Origin: Raillietiella orientalis
Lineage: Eukaryota
Assembly (NCBI GenBank): GCA_036172245.1
Contig: JAYWIR010000002.1
Coordinates: forward strand, 2,232,001 to 2,296,000
Reading direction: 5' to 3'
Length of the DNA stretch: 64,000 nt
This document shows, piece after piece, positions 34,984 through 47,880 of the stretch (position 1 is the first letter of the stretch; each line of letters opens with the position of its first letter). The translations under genes were made by a program, and so were the position numbers. Under the pieces are notes generated by a model, which worked only from the letters and a program-made list of their open reading frames with translations, searched no databases and had not been told where the DNA came from.

Positions 34984-37900
34984 ATGCCTTCTGCGCGCGC
35001 CCCGGGAGAACTCCCCGTTCGCTTCCTCCTTTCCCCCGCCTCCCGTTGCCATGGAGCCGCAGCCGCCGCGTCCGGCGTGATCGAAGCCCCTCCCGGAAAC
35101 GCGGCGGCGCGGCAGCCCCTGCCCTTTCGCTACTTCAACGCGACGATCCAGACGGTGCCTTCGAAGACGGGGCCGGGGCACCGCCGCCAAGCGTGCTCGG
35201 CGGACACCTACTTCCTGCGTAGGGCCGGGGCCAAGTCCCGTGCGCCTTCAGTCAAGTCGGCTCCGGCAGCGGCTCCTCCGTCGACGAACGGCGAGGAAGG
35301 AGCGCCCCCCCCGCGGCCCCCCATGGCGCACAAGAGCGTGAGCACGGACGGGTGGTTCCCGGTGAGCAGGAAGCCAGCGGGCACCGGGAGGCACTTCCCC
35401 CAGGACAAGGCCACCCACGTCACACGGGAGGAGATGAGGAAGGACAGGAGGCTGCTGAGGGAAGGACGGTCGACGCTCGTCGTGGTGCGCGCCAGGGAAG
35501 GCGGCGCCGACCCTTCGCCCCCCTCCCCTGGCCACGCGCCATTCTCCTCCTCTTCCTCCTCCCCCACCGGCGACCGCCGCCGCCGGGAATCCGCGGACCC
35601 CGAGGGCGGCAGGCAGGCGTCTCGCAAGACCCTGGACATCTACGTGGAGCACGACGCATGGTCCGTCCACTCGGACGGGAGCGACTTCAAAACGGCGTTC
35701 GACCACCACCCGCGCGCCCGCGCCCCAGGGAAGAAAGAGGAGGAGGAGGGAGGCGGGGGTAGGAGGCTGCTGCGGCCTCCGCCGCCACCCGCGGTCCTGG
35801 AGCTGCTGCGGGCAGGGAAGAAGCCGCAGGCGGCGCGCGGGAAGAGCTCCCCGTCCCCTCCCGGGAGTCCCGCGCGCGCCTGCCCGGAGAGGGAGCGCAG
35901 CAGCGACCCACGCCCACCGCCGTGCAGGAGGAGGACCCACAACGCCGTCCGGGACGTGAGGACACTGGTGTCCCAGATGAACTCGGCGAGCCCGGAGCAA
36001 CAACAGGGGAAAGGACCCCAGGAGGAGGTAGGCGGCATTTGCGTGCCACCTGGCTGCTCGGAGGTGGACCGACCGGCAGCCGCAGGGCAAGAAGAGGAGG
36101 AGCCTGGAGGAGGAGCCGCGGGCAGCGGCCCCGCTCGCCAGGCAGGTGCGTTGGCACCCCGCGCCTGTCACTCGCACGCCCACCGGGGGTTGGGAGGTGG
36201 GGTTCCCGAGGGGCAGGGGGGAGGAGGAAAGGGATGAGAGCGCCGACGCGCTCCCGTCGCGGACGCCGACGTCCGCGAATGGGATGGAAGGGGATTTCGG
36301 CGGCGCAAATGTTCTCACAAGTTTTATTTTTTTCCTTTCCTCCCTCTTTTCTTCGTCCTGTGCTCGCAGAGCCCTCAGGTCGCAGGGTGGCTGGCAACGC
36401 GGCGCAGTTTCATCGAAGAGCAGGCGCGGGGACGCCCACGGTAAATGGTCGCACTGCAACCTAGTCGTCTGGGGATGCGGAGACGCTCGCGATGATTCCC
36501 TTCTCCTTTCTCCTCCCTTCTTCCCGCACTTCCCCTGCTCCCCTCCTCCTATTCTTCCTTCCTCCCTTCCTTATCCTCTTCCTCCTTCCTCCTTCTGCTC
36601 CTCTCTTCCTTCTTCTCTTCCTTCTTTCCTCCCTTCCTTCTCTTCTTCCTCTTTCTCCCCTCGTCCCTTCCTTTTTTACTTCTTCCTCTTTCCTCTCCTT
36701 CGCCGCGCTCCTTGTCTCCGAAGCGTTCCGGATCCTCCCCTTTACTCCAGCCCTCCTTATTCCCCCCCTTCGTGACCTTGCAGTGACCTGCCTTGGGGGA
36801 AGGAAGGGAGGGAAGGAGGAGGACTTCGGTGGCCGTTCTCGTCCTAGGAGAAAGGAATTTCCCAGGTGCGAGGAAGGCCACTGGTGGACTGCGCGGCTCC
36901 CGTGCCCACGACATTCCTGTGGCTGGCGCTCGTATGCCGTCCAGGAGCGCTCGAGTCGCGGGCCAGGGAGGAAGGAATATCTTCAGGAGCATCCCTAAGG
37001 ACCTTCTGCTGCTGCACCGTCTCTCGGTCCACTTGGATCGCGAGCGGCGCGACGGAGGTTCCCCGGAGAGAGAGAAGGGAGGGTGTTGAGGGTAAACACC
37101 CTTTCTCGTTTCTCAGCTTCTTTGCGTCCTCCTCCCCGCCTGTTCCCGATCCTAATCAGGGATGCCTGAGGTGCCTTCACCCCACCTGCTCGGCGTCAGC
37201 ATCCGGTGGCCCTGCGGATGCCGCTGCGAGAGTCTCGCCTTCGTCCCCTTCCTCTGGGCCTGGAAGTGCACCGTCGCGCGGGAGGGAAATCGAGGTCGTT
37301 GGCGGGCCTTGTCGTGGGGGATCCGGGCCCTCATCTCACACTTTCTCTCCCGGGTTTATCCCTCCCTCCTTCCCGCTCTTTCAGGACCGACGCGCCAAGT
37401 GGAAGCATTCCCGGAGCGCGGGAGCCAAGGGGTCGCCTCCTCCCTCCGCTTCCCGTCGGCGGGGCGAGGCGGGATGGAGGGATCGAGGGGACGCGGAGTC
37501 CCACCCGAACCGAGAAACGAAGAGGGAGAGGATCCCGTTGCCAGGTGAGTTCTCTTCGGGGCTTGGAAACTGATGCAGCAGCCTAAGAGGTGGGCGCTAC
37601 GGCGGTTGGACAGAAAATGCGGGAAGGGAAAGCGGCGCCTCCTTCGCGAGGTGGGGCGCCGCCCCCAGAGGTTCGCTCTTTCCGAGAACGGGACAACCCC
37701 TCCCTCCCTCGTCTGGGAGCGAAGGTCCAGATGCCCCCTCGCCCAGTGCCTCTTTCGTGGCAGGGGGGAGGGAGGGCGTTGGTTCTCGCGGCGGCTCCCC
37801 GTGGCGGAAGATCCGCGCGCTTGTGCAGGAGGGGGGGGAGGGGAGAACCGCCGTCACTTCCCAAAAACGGAGTCAAGAAAGCCCGGTGACAACCCTTCTC

Positions 37901-40178
37901 CCCCTCCCCCCAAAGGCCGTGGGCAGCAGCAGGACTCCAGCCGGGTCCCTCTTCGTCGCCGAGGGGTTGCTCCTGGATGAGGTGACACGAAGGGAAGGTG
38001 AAGGGAACCCGCGGCTCCCTGAGGAGTCCCCGACCCAAGGTCTTCCGAGTCCCGTCGGAGGGACCGGACGACTGCGCCAGAGACGATGCGATCCCAGGAG
38101 ACGGGGAAAGGACTAAGCCCGAGCAAAAGACGGAGCGGCGCCGGAATGGGGAAGGGGGAGAGAAGGAGGAAGGCAGGGAGCGTCCGGACGTTCGTCCGAC
38201 TCAGGGCGGCCAACGAGACGCGGATCCCGGAGAACCGTAGATCCCCCGCCGCCGGACAGGTCGAGCAGCCGGATCCGCGGCAGAGATCCCGCCGGCAGCA
38301 TCAGCAGCCACCCCCTCCGTCTTGCAGCAGTGCCGTTCGACTCCTAGGGTCCCGCAGAGCTGACCAACCTCCCCCTCGAATCTTTCAGGAGCGACCCCGC
38401 CCGGTTTTTCTTCCCGGTCAGGAGCCGGCCGTTTCCCCGAAGAATCCCCCTCCCTCCGCCTCCCGGTTCGCTCTTTCCACGAAGGGAGGAGCCACTAGGA
38501 GGCGTGCCGCGGTAGCGACGGCAACCGGGCTGGGGAGGTGTCCGCGCGCGCCGAGGCTCCCTTACGCCGCGCGTAGGAGGTGGGAAGGAGGGAAGACCTC
38601 CCTTCCCCAGGCCCAGCGCTTTGCGCCTGAGCACCCGGGATGAGGGGACGATCCCCCCTGGTTTCGTTCCAGCAGAACCCGAGGGGGCGGCGAGCTGACG
38701 TCACCCCTAACAGAGGAAGTCTTCAGACGGTTTGGGCAGCGCCTCCTGTTGGGGGCGGCGGCTCCCGGACCGGAAGGCGGGCAGGCCCGAATTGGGCGGG
38801 AAACTGAGAGCGAGAGGGGGAGGATGAAGTGGAGGAGGAGGAGGAAGAAGAAGAAGAAGCCGAAACCGGGTCACGCAGTGAGGTCGGAAGCCAAAACTCA
38901 GCTTTCCGAGTCGCTCGTCGCCAGCGTCCAGGAGTGCCAGCACATCAGGTGGAGGCTCCAAGCGAACGGGATCCACATTTCCCTGGACACCATCATGAGG
39001 TGAGAGTCCCTTCCTCCTTGCCGCTGCCGCCACGCCCGTTCCGAAGCCCCCTCGCTGCGAGGTAGGCCCCTCCCGCCGCGTCCTCCTATCCCGGACACGG
39101 GTCTTCCGCCCCGCACCAACGCCCTTTTGCGCTTGACACGTTGCAGAGTCCCACCGAGTCCCGAGAGTCCTGGGAGACGCTCCCGGTTCGGATCCTCGCT
39201 CGCGAACCCAGCTCCTCCACCTTCGCGCCCATCATGTGACCGGGCCCGCCGCAGCTCCTCTCGATTGCTTCGGCCACGTGACCGTGCAGCTGCGAATCCC
39301 TCCCCCCTCCAGGGTCACCGATACCGAGATCCCCAGACGATTTCCCTCGCGGTGGCCGTCATGCACCGCCGGGGAAGGCATCCCGCGCTTTCCTTCCCGG
39401 CTGGCGCACTCCTGGCAGCGCCCGGGACTGCCGCGGAGCGAGACCACCACGCTCCCGGGCGGCGCAGTCCCGACCCAGCACCCCTCGATTCCCCGGAAAC
39501 AGGGCAGCGCTCCGACGAGCCCCCGCTTTCCGCGATTCCAGAGGCACAAATTCACATCTCTGATGGGGAAATCGCTGCTGCTGGTTTCCCCTCTGACCGA
39601 GATTCGTACCCGTCTGTCGAGGAAAGCGTGACGCGTCTCGGCGGTTGCGTGAGTGCGTGCGTGCGTGCGTCCGTGAGAGGAAGGATGGAGCAGGACGAAA
39701 GAGGTCATATTGGGGAGCAACCTGTTCGCTTCCCCCCTCCGATCGCCTGGCGAGCTCCCCTGGAATTCCTAAGGGTTTGCGGGAACATTTGCCGTGGGCT
39801 CCGCAGAACATCGTGCGGACGGTCTCTCCCCGGAGACGCGCGCGCGCTTGCCTTTGCCGGCAGGCAGCCCGCGAAGACAAGGTGTGCACCGCGTCGGTGC
39901 TTAACGGGGGAGGGGGCACAGGTGGTGCCGCAAAAAAAAAAAAATTCAGCTCTCACTTCTGTGGGGGCACTGGACGGCCGTAATCCGAGTGCCGAATTCT
40001 CCACTCCGGACAGAAGCCGGCGGAGACCCCTCTCCTCCCCACCTCGCCGATTTACGCTGCCTGTTCCAGGGGTATCCTCAACCCTGCTGACTACCGCAAG
40101 TTCCTGGAGCTGCGCGAGCTGTACCTCAAGGACCCCGACCAGGGCGACGAGTTCCTCAAGTGCTTGTTCGATACGTGA
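34984..40178 (+). CDS. Unidentified spliced protein-coding gene. Best-supported exons: about 34984-36145, 38714-38999, 40070-40178; further exons may lie in 36146-38713
   Basis: Long low-complexity ORF with strong GC3 codon bias (LDIYVEHDAWSVHSDGSDFKTAFD). Donor g|gtgcgt at 36145 (phase 1), acceptor ctaacag|38714, donor ag|gtgaga at 38999 (phase 2) and acceptor ttccag|40070. These join in frame to LVASVQECQHIRWRLQANGIHISLDTIMR|GILNPADYRKFLELRELYLKDPDQGDEFLKCLFDT*. Start codon uncertain. Confidence 0.6.
36495..36720. repeat. Long polypyrimidine (CCT/CTT-rich) low-complexity tract, intronic
   Basis: About 220 nt of almost exclusively C and T on the + strand. Confidence 0.85.
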
Positions 40179-40339
40179 GACGCCATACGCAGACCGAGAG
40201 GCAGCTTCCCCCAGCGGACGGGCAAATCCGACGCTGGAGACAGACGCGCGCATCCTTGCGCATTTTCCCTCCCCTACTCCTCCCTTTTCAAATCCCTGTT
40301 AGTGAGTCGGCTATCCTCGTTGGTGATTTACGTGGATCC

Positions 40340-41000
40340 AAAAGTTCGTTTCGCCGGGAACGAAGTGATCAAAATGGCATCAGGAAGCCTCCATTCCCGA
40401 GCGTGCAGGAGATGCAAATTCGGGACGAAAAACCAGCGCTCCTTCGATAGAATCCCGGGGCGTCTTCGAATCTTCTTTTGCGAGGATTCCGAAATCAGCG
40501 CACCCTGGCTTTCCCGAAGACTCGACTCGTTTGTCCTCCTGCGCCGGCAGGCCCCAGCCAGCTTGCGGGAAGCCTCGGGGTTCTGCCGATGCCGCAAAAG
40601 AAAAAAAATACGCTCGAGTGAGTCGGTGCTGATCAGCTACGCGCGGCTGTTTGCCTCCGAGAAGCGTTTCCCGAAAAAGAGGACACCTCGAATGACCCTT
40701 TGATCAGGTCACTGCTGGAGTCTTTCGAGTCCCGGAGCGCTCAGGACACCTCTTTCACCCGAATTCCCCACGAGGAAAGAAAGGGGGGTTCCCTACAACA
40801 TCTGCTGCCACATCAAAGTGCTCTGCAGGAAAGTTGCACTCGGGAACGCTCTCTCTTAAAGCGGGGCCGAATGGAACGCACGCGAGACACGCAGTGTTCG
40901 CTCTGCCGGCTGCGGAGTCGCATCCGTGCTGGGACCACGCTCTGCTGGAGCCCACCCTCGAAATCTGCGTGCCGCTCACCTTCGCAGTCCATGAGCTAAT
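40340..41000 (+). mobile_element. Decayed LINE 3' fragment (zf-RVT remnant)
   Basis: LLKRG...RDTQCSLCRL, then after a frameshift AESHPCWDHALLE (CxxC...E...DH.LL), followed by aataaa near 40998. Confidence 0.5.
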
Positions 41001-41676
41001 AAATGCCGAAACCTCACACCTGCTTCGAAGCGATGCAGAACGCCTCCGTTTCCAGCAGTGATCGCAAAGGTTTCAAAAGGAAACTCCTTGACCGACTAAC
41101 CGACGGAAGGGCCTCCGGACAAAACAGCGCGCTGATCCGTCGGACCTCTCTCTCTGTCCGACCATCCGACCCACGTACACGCGTACAAAGACGGTGCTGG
41201 CAAGTACGCAACGTGTGGCACGCGGTCACGGAGAGAACCGTGACCTTGGCGCTGCACGGAGAGGGGAATCGCAATGACCCAGAACGCCAACACATGGACT
41301 TGTCAACACAGGTTGCACACGTAAGCGCACCCCGGGGACGGCGAGATAACCACACGGAGATCCGGGCCGACCTTCAATTCACCCGAAACGTACGTGGATC
41401 CGCCAGGCTCAAAGTCCATCAAGCAAAAATGCAACTTCAGTCGCAAGTACTGGAGGTAAAACGCTCAAATTGCATACCCAATTTTGCCTTATCGAATGGG
41501 GGGGGGAAGGGGGATTTCGCAAGTTTTACAACCCCACTAAATAACAGCATGAAAGCAAACAGTGTCGCACGAAACATTGATTTTGCAATTCACAGATTCG
41601 GCGCTGAGTTCACTGATTTCTCCCGACTGCAAAGCATTCTGGTGCCACGCCATAATTCTTCTTCTTTTTTTTTCTT

Positions 41677-43631
41677 TCAATTTTCGCCCAGCAGGAATGA
41701 TGTAACAACTTCAAGAAACAGATGGGGTTTTTCGACGTGTACGAGATGACCTGCTCCGGGAATGCTTTGGAAAGTTGCATTCGGAAATAGCTGCCTGATA
41801 GGAGCATGGTCTGATTCTCTGAAAAGTATGCATTCGATTACAGGAATCATGTACTACATTTGCAAAACCAGAAAGAGAGAAAAAAATTTTTTTTTTTTTT
41901 TTTCTCTAAGATCGTATTCGCGTGTGTCTTTTTAAGCACCAATTACGACAGTAGCAGCCGCACGAATAAGTACGGAACACCTTGAAATTTGCAAAGTGCC
42001 ATTACTCCATCACTCCTCTATTACTCTTCTACACACCTAGCCAACAACTTTCACAAACACAAAGATGTCGTTAATAATAATGAACCGAAGGACTGCTACC
42101 AAATGGGAAAAAACAAATAAACATAAGAGAAATGCATGGGGGCACATTCTACAGATGATAAATCCTATAACTCGCCAAGTGCAAAAAAGTTCAAAGAGCA
42201 TTTCACACTTGAAAAGGGGTTGGCAAATAGAAGTGAAACCAATAGTTACGCAATAAGAAATGTCAACAAAGGAATTAACTGTGAACAATAAAACAGTAAC
42301 TGCAAATTTATAATCATGCTGCAATAGTACCTGATATAATCTGAAGTGCCACCTGCAACAAACAGTACACGACCATGGAACTGACATCCCTGTATATAAG
42401 GAAAGGACAGTAACTGGTCCAAATTCTTGGCAAGTGAAGGGATGTTGCATTTCCATCTGAATTCATTGTTTTGTTGTTCTAGATTTAGCTCTATGAAGTG
42501 CCGAAAACCTGGTTGCTATAATTAGAAAAGTCAGAATGTTATATGATAAATGCTCACTTTGATGATATGTGCTAAATGCTGATCAATTAGCTTCCGCGCC
42601 TCTGATAAACTGCTAACATTTTGAGGAATCTTCAGTCCATTGAGTAGGTTTAGTGCATCTCTAGCAGCACCTGATGTTCCTCCTGTATGCACAGGTGACA
42701 CATCAACCACAACCAAATCTTCAACGTACTCAGGCTTGAAAATTTACAATGTAAAAACTTGAAATGGGGTTTCCAAAAAAAATACACAAAGTACATGCAT
42801 CCATCAATCTCAGTTAGATTAATGATAACAATGTGCAAATAATTACATGTAAAAGGGCCATTAGCATCATCACACGTCCTCCCATGCTGTGACCAAGAAA
42901 AGTGCATTTGGATAGGTTTTTGGTCATTATGAATTCCTTCAGATCAGCCACCAAAAGACGATAATCCATTTCTGGATTATGAGGACTATCACCATGATTC
43001 CTTGCATCTAAAGCAAATATCTAATCAATAATGCAATTTGAACACAAGAACATATCACTGAGCAGACTCAAGATTTGAGAGAAATTGCTGACTGAATAAA
43101 GCCAAATGAATAACCCACTTCACTTACTCAATGTACACATTCATCAGATAAAAATCACTTACTTGTCTCCCAGTTCTGGAGCTCATTACTTTGCATAGTG
43201 AATGCCAATTTTGTTTGGATCCCAAAAGACCATGCAACACTAGAACTGGATGAGACCTTTCTGAGTTCACATTATATTCCCTTGATGCCATGTGAACTGT
43301 TTCGGACCTGGTATCACAAGTAATTATACTTTTAAAATAAGGTAGAGAAATACAAAAGAGGGTCTGCAATCTGATTACAAGCTGCTTATAGGAATGTATC
43401 TAATGTATTTACATAAATGCACAGGCATCATAAGCACAATGCTAAAACATGCATTCCTATAAGTTATGGAATATGATGTAATTATGTATAAACAAAAGAT
43501 TGCTTGAGATTATACCTCCCAGATGAAAAACATGCTGAACTCGATAAAGACCACGTATTCTGTGGGGTTTTCACTATGCAATGGGGAGCATGAGAGATGT
43601 TTTCAATTTGTTTTAACAAAGAGAACCTCAT
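41677..43631 (-). CDS. ABHD11: Alpha/beta hydrolase ABHD11 (312 aa). Exons 43631-43516, 43307-43163, 43020-42847, 42734-42558, 42515-42331, 41818-41677
   Basis: All five introns are GT-AG and phase-consistent. Translation: MRFSLLKQ...GR|SETVHMAS...VLVLHGLLGSKQNW...|IFALDARNHGDSPH...FLGHSMGGR...|PEYVEDLVVVDVSP...|...FRWKCNI...LFVAGGTSDYIR|ESDH...LFPNA...IPGAGHLVHVEKP...*. GHSMGG nucleophile elbow and C-terminal His motif intact. Confidence 0.95.
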
Positions 43632-44708
43632 TTTTGCATGTCTTTTCCACAATATGGAAACTTTGTAAGAGTTTGAGGAGCGGATCTCAAAGGTTTTATG
43701 ATGAACCTATTTCAACGGAAAATTCGGATTAAAAAGGACCATCACAGTTCAATACACCACACAGTTTTTGGTTCTGGCTTTGGCAAACAGTGATCGCTCT
43801 ACATAAATAGATCTCATCCCCCCAATCGGCAAAGGGCAACCCCGATCCTGGAGACTGGCAAACTTCACGCTGCTAGAGGAATTTCCCAATTAGGACACGG
43901 GACCGAATGGCATGAAGACACCTCAAACCACTACCATATTACGACAATAGTCTACAACAAACAACGTGCAAACGCTGGGTTCTCGAAGGCCATAAAAATT
44001 CAATTATGTAATCCACAGAACAGACCCCGCCACCAAGGCACAACATCAGGGTTGCTAAGGCCACTCTGCTCAGAAACTCGGTGGACTGTGCTCCAGAAAC
44101 ATACAGCGAGAGATACAGAGAAGCTCTTTGAATGGATACGTTTACAACCATAATTTTATACCGTTCCACAATAATAAGATACGGTTTTTGATGACCAGGA
44201 GACATTCCGTAAGCAAACGGAATTTCAAAAAAAACGACAACCCAACCTGGAGCCGTTTCCAACTGCAGGCACACCAGTTGACTGGAGTCTTTTCACAGGG
44301 ACGGCGCCCGACAGGATGAACTCCGCGACCGGCTCCTGGAGCCGGAAAGTTTTTCCACAAATGATCACTTTGTAGATGTACACACTTCGGCTGTACATAT
44401 ACTAAATGATAGAGTGCTAACGGCGGTCAAAGAAAATCTGTTGCTCATCTGAGTCGCGATGTCTTAAACTAAAATCTATCCATACCATAACATCTTTTAG
44501 AGAACGCTGGCTTGGCTTCGTTTTTCCAGAACATCTCTTGATATCATTCGATCTTTTTCAAACAGGCAAACTACTTGAAGACTTAACTGCAGATGCATAA
44601 GTGGCATCTTTAATGTGATATAAATCTGATCTCTTCTAGTTTGTCTGTGAATTCTCATTTCGTTTTGTATAAATGCTTATTCAAATACAGCATTTTCCTA
44701 TTACAAAG

Positions 44709-44731
44709 GCACACACACACACACACACACA
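44709..44731. repeat. (CA)n microsatellite
   Basis: About 11 CA units, directly visible. Confidence 0.95.
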
Positions 44732-47289
44732 ATGATGATCATGATTTTCAATGGTAAGAAACCTATTTTCGAAAAAAGCAGCCGCTAAGAAGCAAAGCTT
44801 TCTTCACAACACAATATAGTGCTATATGCATGTTCCATATCTATTAAATTTTTGAAAGGATATAACTATATTTGCGACAATCCGAACCAAATGGTTTATC
44901 TTCATCATACAAACGTTTTATTATGATCCGAACATTCATGAGGTTTAAAAATTTTAGTGTGATTTTCCTTAAAGTAACATGTGGAACGCATTTGCAGTTC
45001 TTTTTTCAGTTTTCATAAAACTCTCTCAGCTATATCAACTGAGCTCAATACTGATACGTGAATCCACTTTTCACGCTTCCTTTCCACATAAGAAAATGCA
45101 CGTTAATTCAGCCATTTCTGTTTTGTTTATTGCACACAATAAGGAAATGAGGAAGACAATCCGCTTCTCTTTCAAATGCTCTAAGATTTTACGAGCAAAA
45201 ACAATTTCATTTACTTCCTAGTGAATTCTCGATGCTTTTACACCGCAATTTTTCCTACCTATGACCTCACAATCTTCTAACCACAGATTTAGTCTTCTCA
45301 TCCCGTGAAATATCAAGTCGGCATGGCAGTTTATGGAATGATGAAGAAACACAACTTATAACAAAGTGTTTTATGAGCACTTGTTTTTCTATCAAAAATA
45401 AATCATACAAAATGCTTTGGGAATCTTAGAATAGAATAGAGTGATAAAACAACGTTAAGCAAACAAGTGTTTACTTCTTGCGTCTTGCGTAATCAAATCC
45501 ATCAAAAAAATGAGAATTTTTATTCGCGTCGGCATCAGTTTACCAAGGAACCATAACTTTGGTATAATTCTGTGAGAACCTACGCGGAGTCACTATTCTA
45601 GCTATTCATACCGATCACTAGAAACCTACTCGGACATGTGCACCTAATTTTCTTTCGAAACAATTTCTAGCGACGATGCTGCATGAAAAAATTCAGAGAG
45701 AGACCATTTGCAAGGTAAGCGCGACCCTTTTCGACAGCAGGGGACTTTCGAACAGAAAATCCATCTATCCATAGTTTTTCTTACGGGAGAGCTCTTCACC
45801 GAGATGAGCATTATCAAGGAAGATTACCTATTAGTTAGTCGGAACCTTCGTACTGAATTTGGTAATCTTCATCCTGGATTACTCGGAATGGAAATTACGA
45901 AACTTATAGGAAGCGAGTCCCATAGATGAAAGGCACGTGTTGACAGAAGGTTCGTGCTGATGCGATTGCAAGGACCAAAAGATAATGCAGCAGGTAAGGG
46001 ACCATCGGCAATCCGAGGAAACAGTGCAATGAGAAAAACTTTTTTAATATTCGTTGTATGCAAAAGAGTGACCAGTTGCTAGTAAATTTCGATGCCGAAA
46101 ATTTAAGCATAAATTTCCAATATTTATTAAAACATAATATAAGGAAAGCCTAGTATACCATAGTAGCCATAGTATAGGAAAAGCGACGAGAAATTATCTA
46201 CGTATCTGATGTATAGGAGTTGTGCCTTTTCATGTAATTCGCATATGTTTGTCAGTGATACTTTTTCAAGATATCATCACCTAGCTTACATATGAAGGCT
46301 TGAATAAATAATGAAAAGTGGCACTGAAGAATTTGATAGGATAACAAAAAGAAAAATGATTCCACAAAATTAAGAAACCCATGTTTTGATGGTTCTTGAA
46401 AGGAAAGAGCAAAACGACGCTAAAGGGGTATCATCACATGAAGTTCCCTCTGGAAGCAGTGTCACTCCTAAATGAAACTGCGACTGAAGCATTTGCTTGA
46501 CAGACCTATTCTGAAAAGCTGCAGATGATTAGAGAAAATGTATTAAATGATACTTTGAAAAACATACTGGCATGGCTGTGTACGTTTCTTTGGAGGAGGG
46601 GGGAATATTATTTTGAAAACCTCAAGAAAAGAAAGCTTCTTTGACAAATACTAGAAATGATAAGACAGAAAATGAAACAACGAAAACCTATGGAAAGGGC
46701 TGAGGACTTTGGTGTGAAAGGAGGAGGTGATTTTTTGAATTCATTTCTGAATAAGATCCAGTTCACGGTCGCATTCAAGCTTCCTCTCGTCTCATTCTTC
46801 CACCTCCCTTCCTGTGCCACAAAAGCGCTCGCTGCAGCCGTCGGAGGCTGTCGGAAATTTTGCTGCAGTCATGAAAAGCAGCAATCTAACCGATCAGTCC
46901 GCAAACGGGCCTACAGAGTTCTGAGTATTTGCCTGCTGGGAGCTTTTCTTGCTTCCTGCATTCTGCATCCAGAGCTTGCTTTTAACCAGCAGTGCGATCC
47001 TCGCGGTCGCTGCAGCGCAGCCCGTGCAGCGGTAGAGTTGCTCGAGCAGAACCTGTGCACACTGCTAGGTTGAAGGTCCAGCGAGCCGAAGAGCTGGAGA
47101 GTCCCTCTCTTCCCTTGTGGGGGACGATGGCTCAAGCAGAGTGTACAGGTATATGCTTAATCTCTGTACCCCGAAACCAGTCTTCAGGTCGACAGTCAAC
47201 ATCGAGCTCACCGTCTCCTTCGCTGCCTGCCGCGTGAAGATGCAGTTTAGTGGCTCGCGCGCCATTCAGTTTGGAGTGTTTTTTTCCGC

Positions 47290-47880
47290 ATAGCGCTGAG
47301 ATCCGGAGCTGGAAGCTGGAACCGCATCTGCAGAAAAGTGACAGAGCAGCCTGCCGGGAACCCTCTTGACTCTTCCAGCGAGAGATTCTTCCCTTAGACT
47401 GCTCGCAGGCGCCGGTATATTTCGTTTGCTAATGGACGCCTTCTGCATCGGTGACTTTCGGCGTGCCCTCGCGATTCCTGAGCACATCTGCTGAGATCCC
47501 AAGCAGCGTTCCCGTGAGGTGCAAACGAGATGTGCTCGCTTGGAAGGAGGACTCAGCTCCATCCAGTTGACTAAGTCAGGGATGGAACTCAAACTGGCGC
47601 GAATCTGGCGCCTCGACACTGCCGACTCGTCTCCCTGTCTCGCCTCCTCTCTCCAGGGTCCCGGTGCGAAGGAAGTGCCGTCCAAGCGTCACCTGCGAGG
47701 ATCCGAAGACTTGGATTCCGAGGAAGGAGGAGGAAAGGTCCCTCTCCAGCTCCACAGTGACGCCAGGCTAGTAGGGGAGGAGGAAGCGGGCCGCAAAGAG
47801 ACGGGAAGGGCAGCAACCTCACTGAAGCTGTCCAAGGGCGGGGACCTTGACCCCATTCCTGTGGTAAAGGAAGAGGACGG
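47290..47880 (-). mobile_element. Decayed L1/Tx1-type LINE RT core
   Basis: Minus-strand remnants in order: NG...LQ*GCCPSRLF (cf. RQGCPLSP.LF), RILAGDA (cf. YADD), RCLG (cf. KYLG), ESLAGRV (cf. LSLAGR). Confidence 0.55.

Noticed and set aside
44245..44390. Minus-strand exon RSVYIYKVIICGKTFRLQEPVAEFILSG
   Set aside because: Isolated, with no partner exons or recognisable homology.
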